In this document: piece by piece, positions 33,396-40,487 of the stretch
Numbering within the stretch: the stretch's first letter is position 1
How the letters are laid out: each line of letters opens with the position of its first letter
DNA from: a virus
DNA length: 40,487 nt
Reading direction: 5' to 3' (one strand)
IMG/VR virus record: IMGVR_UViG_3300035199_000136
Coordinates: 1-40,487 of that record
Notes under the pieces: model-generated
Told to the model about the DNA's origin: nothing
Databases searched by the model: none
Seen by the model: only the letters and a program-made list of their open reading frames with translations
Position numbers and translations under genes: made by a program

Positions 33396-35354
33396 TTATA
33401 TGTTCGGTTCTAACCCTGCTGCTTCAGCAGTGTTCCTTGGCGCTGTAGTGTTATATCCCGCATCAGGAGAGGGCGCAGCACTGACTCCCATTGTGCCAGC
33501 CTGCGCCAGCAATCTCGGGTCTGCACTTACTGTAGCAGGATTTGCCATGTCCTGTACACCCGCCCCACCGCCGGGTTGAGCAGCCCCGTTCATACCGGCT
33601 GCTGCTGCCATCGGGTTCGCATTAACAGCCTGTTCAAACTGGTATTGCATTGCCGCTTCTTCCATTGCCTCACGTTCGATTTCCCTCTGGATATCCATTT
33701 CAAGAAGCTGGATAACCTCTTCAGGTTCCCCCGAAAGACGGGCTGCGTGCCACTGTGTAAGCAACTCGTATTTCGCGCTTGACGCACGTATTCTAGCCCC
33801 TGACATACGCCGTTTTTCAAGGTCGTAATCCTGAACTTTAGCGATTTTAGTGGCTGCATATTGCTTCGACACGAGTGCTGTGCCGGTACTTGGATCGACC
33901 TGCGATGCGACCTGTGCGGCCTGCCAGAGCGCAAAATCGTCCTGTGGCTGTGTCTGCCTTAGTTCTACAGATAACAGGTTATGTCCCTTGATATCGTCGG
34001 GGGCGATAACCTTGTTGAACGGCTGGTCTGTGTGGGTCTTGCCCCGTACCTCGATATCCTTGTAGCGTCCGGTTTCGTACTGTCTGCCAAGGTTGTCGAG
34101 AATACCTGCAAGCATGGATTCCACTGCTTTAAGGAAGGGGGCAACTACTTCGTTATCTGCCTGTGACAGGATTTGAAGTGCCGCACCGGATACAGGGGAT
34201 GTAAGTCTTCCAAGTGCAGGATCAGACAGACCGGCATTTGACTCGTCGAGCCTCAACTCGCCTTCTAGCTGTCCCGCATCTGACGTCAGTTGCGAAATGG
34301 GGAGAAGCCCTATGTCCTCGTCGTTATCCGTGGACAGTCCGAGTTCAGCACCGGAGGCAAATGCGTCCTGATCCAGTTCCTTGGTGCCGTCCCTTGACTT
34401 GACAATCAGGGTGCCCTGCACGGCTCTTGCCGTAAGTGCCATTCGGTACGATGCAAGCCGGTTTACCTGCGGAATGACGTGTCGGAGCGCAGCAAAGATG
34501 CTGTCACCGACGTCTTCTATGCCGGGGATTTCGCGAATGCCGTCGATAGTATCTTTCAGGCTGTAGTTCATTACGCCGGGGTTGTTGCCGATCAGCCGAA
34601 TCACGATAGGGAAATTAACGGCAAAGGTGTCGGTCGGCTTCTTTGCGTACTGCCCGTCGATAATGACGCAGTTCATGCGTTTGCCGTCTTCTGTCCAGTA
34701 ATAGTCCACTACACGGGCGAGTTCGTCATCATCGTCTTCGGGGTGCTGGACATTGTTTTCTATCCCGAACTTGAATTTCGGGTATTCGTCACGGATATCC
34801 TGTTTTGCACGCTGGGTTATGATCGCTGCCCAGAGCGGTTCCCCACGGCCTTTTTCGTAAACGAGGTTTCGCGGGTCAACCGGCACGATATCCGGTACTG
34901 TCTCTCCCTGTGCGTCTTTAATAAGTACCGCACGGGTGCCGATCCATCCTCCACGAACGACTGCGTTCCATGCGCTTTCGCCCTGCACTGTGGAGTTCAT
35001 GCCGCCTGACTGCAATCGTTCGTCTGCCATTTCGAGGACGCCGACACACCATCTTTCGTAGGCGTTGTTCTTATCTCGGAACTCTTCGTTGTCGGCATCG
35101 TCAAGCACTCGGATAATGCGTTCTGCGTATCCGACTCCGTTGGACACTTTGCGTGCAAGGACTTTCGCGAAGTTGGTGGTAACGGCATCTTTTATCGTGA
35201 TGCCCTCGGTGGGCATTGGGACGAACGGGGTATTCTTCCAGCCCCATTCGTAGTCAGAATCCATGAATGCGGTACGTTTCTCGAAGACCTGTTCCTTGCG
35301 GTCTACCTTGTTGAGGATACGCTCTATTGCAACCTGGTCTCTCTTTGATGCCAT
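33396..35354 (-). CDS. portal protein (652 aa)
   Basis: Size, and position immediately downstream of TerL with a TAATG overlap. Confidence 0.75.
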   Translation of the reverse strand: MASKRDQVAIERILNKVDRKEQVFEKRTAFMDSDYEWGWKNTPFVPMPTEGITIKDAVTTNFAKVLARKVSNGVGYAERIIRVLDDADNEEFRDKNNAYERWCVGVLEMADERLQSGGMNSTVQGESAWNAVVRGGWIGTRAVLIKDAQGETVPDIVPVDPRNLVYEKGRGEPLWAAIITQRAKQDIRDEYPKFKFGIENNVQHPEDDDDELARVVDYYWTEDGKRMNCVIIDGQYAKKPTDTFAVNFPIVIRLIGNNPGVMNYSLKDTIDGIREIPGIEDVGDSIFAALRHVIPQVNRLASYRMALTARAVQGTLIVKSRDGTKELDQDAFASGAELGLSTDNDEDIGLLPISQLTSDAGQLEGELRLDESNAGLSDPALGRLTSPVSGAALQILSQADNEVVAPFLKAVESMLAGILDNLGRQYETGRYKDIEVRGKTHTDQPFNKVIAPDDIKGHNLLSVELRQTQPQDDFALWQAAQVASQVDPSTGTALVSKQYAATKIAKVQDYDLEKRRMSGARIRASSAKYELLTQWHAARLSGEPEEVIQLLEMDIQREIEREAMEEAAMQYQFEQAVNANPMAAAAGMNGAAQPGGGAGVQDMANPATVSADPRLLAQAGTMGVSAAPSPDAGYNTTAPRNTAEAAGLEPNI

Positions 35355-36862
35355 TACCTGCTATTTCCCATTCGCCGTATGCGTTCTTCTCGTGTAATAA
35401 CCTTGATTTTTTTAGACTGGTTGTATGCTTCTTTACGCATCTGCCATGCCAGTCCTACTGCCATCGGGTAGTCATCATGCGTGCCGACCATGCCTTCAAT
35501 CCGACCGTCTTTGTCAGGGTTCCTGATGACGGACGTGAACTGGTTAAGCCCCGCCTTGCTTGGGATTATAACCAACCTGTCCCTGACTGCCTCTATCAAT
35601 TCGCCCCATAAAACGGTACGAGTTCGCCCATCTGTCCTCCACCCGATCTTGCCTGACAGCTTTCCCTGGGGGTTTCTTCGTTCGTAAAGTCTTGGATACT
35701 TGAGTTCCTGCGCCTTCTTGAGGGTCAGTTCTCCCCAGTCGTTATCCTCGATGGCCCAGACAGGGTTGTTGTAATCGTTGAGCAGGTTGACAGATTCCAT
35801 TGCGAAATGCTCAGGTGCCATCGTGTTCGAGTAGACGTCGGCAACAACGTATCCTGTCTCGACGTCAATAATAGCAGTAACGGAATAATCGGCTCCGACT
35901 CCGTGCGAGGTATCGCTGCCTGCTGCGTATTTTTTCGCGACAACAGGCTTCTGGTACACGTTAATCACGTTATTGCGTATTTCGACCGGCTTTTTCGTGT
36001 CGAGGTGCATCGACTCAATGGCGTCAACATCGAACGCAGCCATGACCCTTGACGGTCGCAGTGCCTCTTCCACGGAGGTCGGATGTTCCTGTTCCATGTA
36101 GAGTTCGGGCGACATTCCGTCGGTAACGGGTGCTTCCCTCTGTACTCTTTCGTACCACTTTTCGTCACGGTCAGGCCGTGACTGCCAGCCGTAGAACACT
36201 GCCTTGAACCCGTTTTCGGGTGATCTCCGGTGTATCTCCTTGAACAGCGTCCCTGCTTTTTTCTTGTTAACAGTGGAGCACTGGATCAGTTGCCCGCCTG
36301 CGTCGATTGTCGGCTTGATCGCAGCGTAGTTAAGTTCCAGGTTATCGTGGAAGTCTGCCTCGTCCTGAATAACAAGCGTGGCATTTTCTCCACGTCCTGC
36401 TTTCTCAGTGGACGGCAGTGCGGTGATCTTTGACATCCGTGACGGGAACTCCATCGTGGTGTCGTTATCCCTGCCAATGGGTATTTTTAGATGCGGCGGC
36501 AGGTTTTCGTAGACGATTCTTGCCTTGTTGAGAAACCCGACGGACTCAAGTTGTCCCTGTGAGAACGCGAGTACGTTTGCGCCTTCCCTGTACATTGCTG
36601 TCCAGAGTGCGAATGTTGCGAGTACCCATGAGAAGCCAAGCTGCCTTGACTTGAGGACGTTTATGAGTCTTTCGTTTTCGAGGATTTCGACAAATCCCGT
36701 TATATGGTCCCATTTCTCGAACGGTATAACGCCGCCCCTGGTGGTTGCGGTGGGTGGTTCGAGCAGTTTCACGAAATCGAGGAAGTCAAAGAAGGATCGT
36801 GCTGCGAGTGCCCGTTCTATGTCCTGTATGGTGACTTTCGTGGGGCCTGGTGTTGTTGTCAT
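35354..36862 (-). CDS. terL: terminase large subunit
   Basis: KSRQLGFSW (Walker A region), LVIQDEADF (Walker B), and a C-terminal nuclease region with GSDTSHGVGADYSV. Confidence 0.85.
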   Translation of the reverse strand: MTTTPGPTKVTIQDIERALAARSFFDFLDFVKLLEPPTATTRGGVIPFEKWDHITGFVEILENERLINVLKSRQLGFSWVLATFALWTAMYREGANVLAFSQGQLESVGFLNKARIVYENLPPHLKIPIGRDNDTTMEFPSRMSKITALPSTEKAGRGENATLVIQDEADFHDNLELNYAAIKPTIDAGGQLIQCSTVNKKKAGTLFKEIHRRSPENGFKAVFYGWQSRPDRDEKWYERVQREAPVTDGMSPELYMEQEHPTSVEEALRPSRVMAAFDVDAIESMHLDTKKPVEIRNNVINVYQKPVVAKKYAAGSDTSHGVGADYSVTAIIDVETGYVVADVYSNTMAPEHFAMESVNLLNDYNNPVWAIEDNDWGELTLKKAQELKYPRLYERRNPQGKLSGKIGWRTDGRTRTVLWGELIEAVRDRLVIIPSKAGLNQFTSVIRNPDKDGRIEGMVGTHDDYPMAVGLAWQMRKEAYNQSKKIKVITREERIRRMGNSR

Positions 36863-37353
36863 GTTGAAGACTCGTCTGCTGGCAGTATCTCTTCGACGGT
36901 TACTTTGCCTTCGATTTGTGGCATTTCCCTGAGTGATCGTAACTGGTCGAGGGTGAACTCTTCAAGTTGGGCTATGTCGTGTGTAACGGTAGTTTCGATG
37001 TGATCCACGAACATCCTGAGAGTTTTTCCCAGTAATTCCAGTGCCCTGATGCGGTCGCTGTCCCTTGTAGCGTTTTCTGCCAGTTCATAGAGTCCGTTTA
37101 GCACGTAGAGCCTGTCGATCTTCTCTTCTGCGTGGTGCAGGTTGTGTAATCTCGTGATTTCGGCCTGCACAGACTCGTATTTAAGGAGCCTGCTTCCCAT
37201 GGCAGCGGCTGACGGCCCTGTCGAGTATCCTGCTGCTTCAGCAGACGCCCTTACCTTGCCGGTATTGACGTATTCCCTTGCGAACACCTTCTGCTTAAAG
37301 GCGTTTTCCTCGTCCCTGGTAGCAAACAGGTGCTTCTTTTCGGCGGTATTCAA
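36859..37353 (-). CDS. terS: terminase small subunit (Terminase_2-like)
   Basis: FAREYVNTGKVRASAEAAGYSTGPSAAAMGSRLLKYESVQAEI fits the TerS HTH pattern. ATGA overlap with terL. Confidence 0.75.
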   Translation of the reverse strand: MNTAEKKHLFATRDEENAFKQKVFAREYVNTGKVRASAEAAGYSTGPSAAAMGSRLLKYESVQAEITRLHNLHHAEEKIDRLYVLNGLYELAENATRDSDRIRALELLGKTLRMFVDHIETTVTHDIAQLEEFTLDQLRSLREMPQIEGKVTVEEILPADESST

Positions 37354-37550
37354 TGCCTTGCGTCTTCCTCGTCGTGCAAAACAGCGCTATTTACGATATT
37401 CAACAAGCACTGGACGCACACGTAGTTGTTTTCCCCGTCAATCAGGAACGTGAAAATCTCTTCAATCTTGCAAAAAACACAGGTTTTTGTCTGCATAGAA
37501 AAATAATACACGATACACTGCTCTAAAGACCGGGGGTCGAGGAACCTCAC
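37350..37550 (-). CDS. small ClpX-type C4 zinc-finger protein; start uncertain (GTG 37550 or ATG 37496)
   Basis: KTCVFCKIEEIFTFLIDGENNYVCVQCLLNIVNSAV parallels the E. coli ClpX N-domain [36 protein letters not shown]. Confidence 0.55.
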   Translation of the reverse strand: MRFLDPRSLEQCIVYYFSMQTKTCVFCKIEEIFTFLIDGENNYVCVQCLLNIVNSAVLHDEEDARH

Positions 37551-37882
37551 CAGCTAGAGGTAACTCCCCCTGGTCTTGCACAAAACCCCAGCCCTCGGAT
37601 AACATGCAATAACGCGGCTGGTTGCCTTACGAAACCAGCGGGGAAATAAGGGCCACATACGCGTTATACGCTAAAAGCCAGTCACATAGCTGGGGATCAT
37701 AAAGCAATCCAACCACAGCAGCAGACGGAACAAGCCTCAGAAGAGGCAGTCTCTCTCACCCAGCAAGAGTAATGCAACACAAAACTGCCAAAACCAGCTA
37801 AAGGGGGGTAGGGGGGTTATTTAACCAAACCACGTTGCCGCTTATCATCTTCGCGAAAACTGCTAACAGTAAACTTTATTAG

Positions 37883-37891
37883 CTATCCACA
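37883..37891 (+). promoter_or_regulatory. DnaA-box-like 9-mer CTATCCACA (one mismatch)
   Basis: Compared with the consensus TTATCCACA. Confidence 0.35.
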
Positions 37892-38039
37892 CCGAAGCCC
37901 CAAAGCGAGAGGTGTGTATAGCGAGAATACCAGCTAACCAATCCTCTCCTGGGCTGACTTTAACAAGCAAACAGCCGTCCTGATACTAAGTCGCAAGTAA
38001 ACCAACTCCTTATTGATACACAGTCCCAGTTAACAACAA

Positions 38040-38048
38040 ATATCCACA
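38040..38048 (+). promoter_or_regulatory. DnaA-box-like 9-mer ATATCCACA (one mismatch)
   Basis: Compared with the consensus TTATCCACA. Confidence 0.35.
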
Positions 38049-38090
38049 TGTTAACTGCCAAAATGTCACCTTTTGTACACACATTTACCC

Positions 38091-38120
38091 TGTGGATAAC
38101 GTGTGGACAACTGTGGATAA
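38091..38120 (-). promoter_or_regulatory. Three phased DnaA boxes or iterons: TGTGGATAA-cg-TGTGGACAA-c-TGTGGATAA
   Basis: Two perfect reverse complements of TTATCCACA (38091-38099 and 38112-38120) and one single-mismatch copy (38102-38110). Start-to-start spacing is 11 and 10 bp. Confidence 0.7.
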
Positions 38121-38220
38121 GCACTGTCGCCTGGTTCCAGAAAACAGAAAATTGGTATGCGATATTTATGGGTTCACCACCATAATCATAACCAACCAAC
38201 ACAAGACATACCGCCACCTA

Positions 38221-38416
38221 CCAAACACACACCACGCATACACCAGTTACTCGCCACCAGCCAACTGCCTGCTCACACGCCAACCAGCCACCCAAGCAGC
38301 CAACCAAGACAACCAAGCCAGCAAGCCAAGCCAGCCAACACGCACGCCTTCCACAGCAAGCCAAGCCAGCCAAGCCAGGCCAGCCACAGCCAGCAAGCCA
38401 GCAAGCCAGCAAGGCC
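38221..38416 (+). repeat. Strand-asymmetric C/A-rich degenerate repeat tract (GCCAGC / CAAGCC units)
   Basis: About 200 bp composed almost entirely of C and A on the + strand, with roughly nine CCAGC cores all in the same orientation. Confidence 0.85.
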
Positions 38417-38538
38417 ACTCATTAACCATTCGCGAAACAATCAGTTAGTTATTAACCAGCTACTTGATAATCATTTACTTCATAACGTAATCAGGTTAGC
38501 CAGATATATCCCTGGACTATTCGCGTTATTGAATAGCG

Positions 38539-38609
38539 CCAGCCAGCCTACATATTAAGGCCAGATAACAGCCAGCCAGCCAGCCAGAGACAGCCAGCAA
38601 ACCAGCAAG
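38539..38609 (+). repeat. Second GCCAGC-type repeat cluster (ccagccagcc ... gccagccagccagccagagacagccagcaaaccagcaag)
   Basis: Read directly. Same orientation as the main tract. A third, smaller cluster lies at 38709-38731. Confidence 0.8.
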
Positions 38610-39235
38610 TGGGCACTGGCCTGGTTGCGTATTCTGGTAGGCAAGTTAATGTAGCGTCACCCTACAAACTGCCAGCATTAACAGCGTCGCCCCTGGTATC
38701 CATTGGTAGCCAGCCAACAATGCCAGCCAGCGCCGGAGATATCCGAATTATTAGCCCAAACGTGATCACAAATTGATTGAAATTAGTTTTTCTCCAGTTC
38801 AAATTGGGGGTTGCAATACTGAAAAGATGTGTATACAGTGTTAGGTATTCGAGGCACTGAGCCAACCGGATGAAGTAGTCAAGACACTTCTAATGTCAAC
38901 CGGCAAGTAAGAACGGCCACACCTTTTACCGATATTCAACAGGTAAGAAGACTTAGCAAGTCAACGATGCGTCAGAGTACCGCAATAGGTAACAGGCGCT
39001 CAGCTACCATTTACCGCCAGCTACTCTACAGGTATTCGATGCGTAGGTATCGCCCACAATCAAAAAGGGCAACAATACATAACCAACACCACAGATGCAG
39101 CCATAAGACATCCAAGATAAAGGAGCATAAACACACAATTGAAACGATGATCGATAGAAGCACGCCAGTTATCACTAGCTGACGTGTTTCCTTTGACTAT
39201 CGTTCGTAGTCAATAACTAACCAGGAGTATAAACA

Positions 39236-39529
39236 ATGACAGATTGGATAATTAGACATTTTAATGCAATGGATAATCCGACAAGTATAGAAGCGCCGAC
39301 AGTCAAGATATTCCAATATCTAGGAGATGCAATTGAAGCGCACGAAGAGCGGTACGGCACGAAACTAGCAAACGATTACATCCTTGGCGCGGCATGGTTA
39401 GAAATTGCAAAACAGGTACGTGTGTTATTGAATGGAGAGCTTGGAAGGCTGGATGGTGGCACGTTAGACAAAGCGTTATATTCACTAGCGCAAGTAGCCG
39501 GTTTCAATAATGCTGATCTTGATAACTAA
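39236..39529 (+). CDS. hypothetical early protein (97 aa), first gene of the early arm
   Basis: Preceded by the conserved box accaggagtataaaca. Confidence 0.8.
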   Translation: MTDWIIRHFNAMDNPTSIEAPTVKIFQYLGDAIEAHEERYGTKLANDYILGAAWLEIAKQVRVLLNGELGRLDGGTLDKALYSLAQVAGFNNADLDN

Positions 39530-39573
39530 GTTATCCAAGTCTGCACGTTAGCCTAGTTGTTAGCGTGCATCAC

Positions 39574-39588
39574 TGGCTAACTTAGCCA
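39574..39588. promoter_or_regulatory. Perfect 15-bp palindrome tggctaa-c-ttagcca (operator candidate)
   Basis: Read directly in the 89-nt gap before ORF 39619. The adjacent inverted repeat is tgcacg/cgtgca (39542-39569). Confidence 0.3.
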
Positions 39589-39618
39589 ACTAGCAAACTA
39601 GATCGAGAGAATCACATC

Positions 39619-40386
39619 ATGATCACAACCGATGTTAAACAGCATCGTGCGAACATACGACAGGCACGTCGCGAGTTAGGCCAACTATTCGAGTATTCCA
39701 CTGTCGTAGTTTGGGAAGGCCCATCTCCCATCAACGGCGCGCCGATAGTCGCTGTTATCACTAACCTTAAAAACGGTTCGGAAAATGGCAAAACCGATGA
39801 TATGGCCCAATTATATATTTTGCCGCGAGATACTCGGCCAGTCGACGCTGTAGACAACGGCCAGGATGCCGCGGTTTGTGGAGCTTGTCCACTACGGCCG
39901 ATAGCAGCGAAGATAGCCAGGCTACAGGGAAACATCGTTGATGCTTGCTACGTCAATAAAGGTTGGATCGGCCCATTATGGGATTCCATTCCCACATTAC
40001 CGAGAGTACATCCCGAAATTATTGGCGATTTTCTAGAATCTACAGGTTTGGAATTCCGGGAAGGTACATGGGGCGATCCGGCCATGGTTCCGATGTGGGT
40101 CAGACGTGAACTTAACCGCGGCCGCGGCACGTCATACACTCACCAATGGGCCACTGATTGGATTGACCCGGATGTTAAAGATTTCAGCATGGCCAGCGTG
40201 CAATCTATCGACGAGAAAAACGCGGCTAACGAACTAGGATTCCGAACGTACCGCATAACATCCGGGAACCTGGAGCCTGATGAAATCCTATGCCCTGAAA
40301 TCACTAGCAATGCGACATGCAAGGCATGTGGTTTATGCTCCGGTAATAGGGTCCAGGCGAAAAACATCGTCATCCGGCCTATCTAG
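39619..40386 (+). CDS. hypothetical early protein with Cys clusters (255 aa)
   Basis: SD gagaga upstream. Contains CGAC...C and CPEITSNATCKACGLC. The ORF ends inside the terminal repeat. Confidence 0.8.
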   Translation: MITTDVKQHRANIRQARRELGQLFEYSTVVVWEGPSPINGAPIVAVITNLKNGSENGKTDDMAQLYILPRDTRPVDAVDNGQDAAVCGACPLRPIAAKIARLQGNIVDACYVNKGWIGPLWDSIPTLPRVHPEIIGDFLESTGLEFREGTWGDPAMVPMWVRRELNRGRGTSYTHQWATDWIDPDVKDFSMASVQSIDEKNAANELGFRTYRITSGNLEPDEILCPEITSNATCKACGLCSGNRVQAKNIVIRPI

Positions 40387-40487
40387 ATTAGATTGTCTAG
40401 GCAGTAGACATAAGCCAGGTAACGCGCTTATGTCTATCCCTAGGTTATCTAAACCTAACAAACAAACTAGCAGAGAGAGAGAGAGAG
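40361..40487. repeat. Terminal direct repeat, copy B (identical to 1..127)
   Basis: Exact 127-bp identity with the start of the window. Confidence 0.95.

Noticed and set aside
16883-35009. Many antisense or off-frame track ORFs inside large late genes (e.g. 16883..17284, 17649..17975, 29340..29708, 31401..31769, 34479..35009; also 13107..13442 inside tatC)
   Set aside because: These are shadow ORFs fully nested in long, well-supported genes on the opposite strand. They have biased low-complexity composition.
14540-37550. Genome-wide reassignment of TAG (stop-codon recoding) with a phage suppressor tRNA
   Set aside because: The long late ORFs (1802, 819, 652, 638 and 502 aa) are uninterrupted under the standard code. 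TAG also terminates many genes right before a good SD and start. Only two junctions look suspicious, and I report those as local read-through candidates.
38254-38261. An exact E. coli Chi sequence on the minus strand (CCACCAGC on the + strand)
   Set aside because: About one occurrence of an 8-mer is expected by chance in 2 x 40 kb, and the host is unknown. I mention it only as context for the GCTGG-rich tract.
38092-38558. Track ORFs 38092..38448(+), 38157..38558(+), 38218..38418(-) and 38247..38429(-), which lie over the C/A-rich tract
   Set aside because: They translate to low-complexity Q/A/S/P/T or W/L/A/G strings generated by the GCCAGC repeats. None has an SD, and several mutually overlapping frames are open. 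This is typical of repeat DNA rather than genes.
38221-38731. CRISPR array interpretation of the GCCAGC repeats
   Set aside because: The units are 5-7 bp and degenerate, with no unique spacers of 25-40 bp. No cas genes are present.
38967-39182. A 71-aa basic ORF in the non-coding region
   Set aside because: It has no SD, an odd R/H/K-rich composition, and sits in a probable promoter or leader region. I cannot support it as a gene.
1922-39586. GTTAGC/GCTAAC hexamers recurring in intergenic hairpins (1922, 1944, 39547, 39559, 39576) as a regulatory motif
   Set aside because: The hexamer also occurs repeatedly inside coding regions, and about 20 copies are expected by chance on both strands. 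I cannot show enrichment without a count.

Overview
The window is one complete, circularly closed genome of a tailed dsDNA phage. The first 127 bp are identical to the last 127 bp, so the unit length is 40,360 bp.

Layout:
- An early/replication arm lies on the + strand. It starts at about 39236, wraps through the junction and ends at 11432. It encodes many small ORFs, an array of tRNA and tRNA-like genes, an RHH protein, a Cas4-like PD-(D/E)XK exonuclease and an SSB-like protein. It also encodes two paralogous N6/N4 DNA methyltransferases flanking a stand-alone CHC2 primase zinc finger. The arm ends with an AAA_25/DnaB-like helicase, a short C5-methyltransferase-like protein and RusA.
- A late arm lies on the - strand (37550 down to about 14540). 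It encodes a ClpX-type zinc-finger peptide, TerS, TerL, portal, two small proteins, an 1802-aa internal protein, scaffold and major capsid protein. Tail, adaptor and fibre genes follow.
- Where the two arms converge (11.5-14.7 kb) there is an unusual membrane cassette. It holds a clear TatC homologue translationally coupled to small transmembrane (TM) proteins, and a convergent YqaA/DedA-family gene. I could not recognise an endolysin anywhere in the genome.
- A roughly 1.7-kb non-coding region (37551-39235) separates the divergent arms. It carries a phased cluster of consensus DnaA boxes and strongly strand-asymmetric C/A-rich GCCAGC-type repeat tracts.

I recognised no integrase, DNA polymerase, RNA polymerase or CRISPR array. 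All functional calls come from motif recognition by eye and need HMM or structure confirmation.
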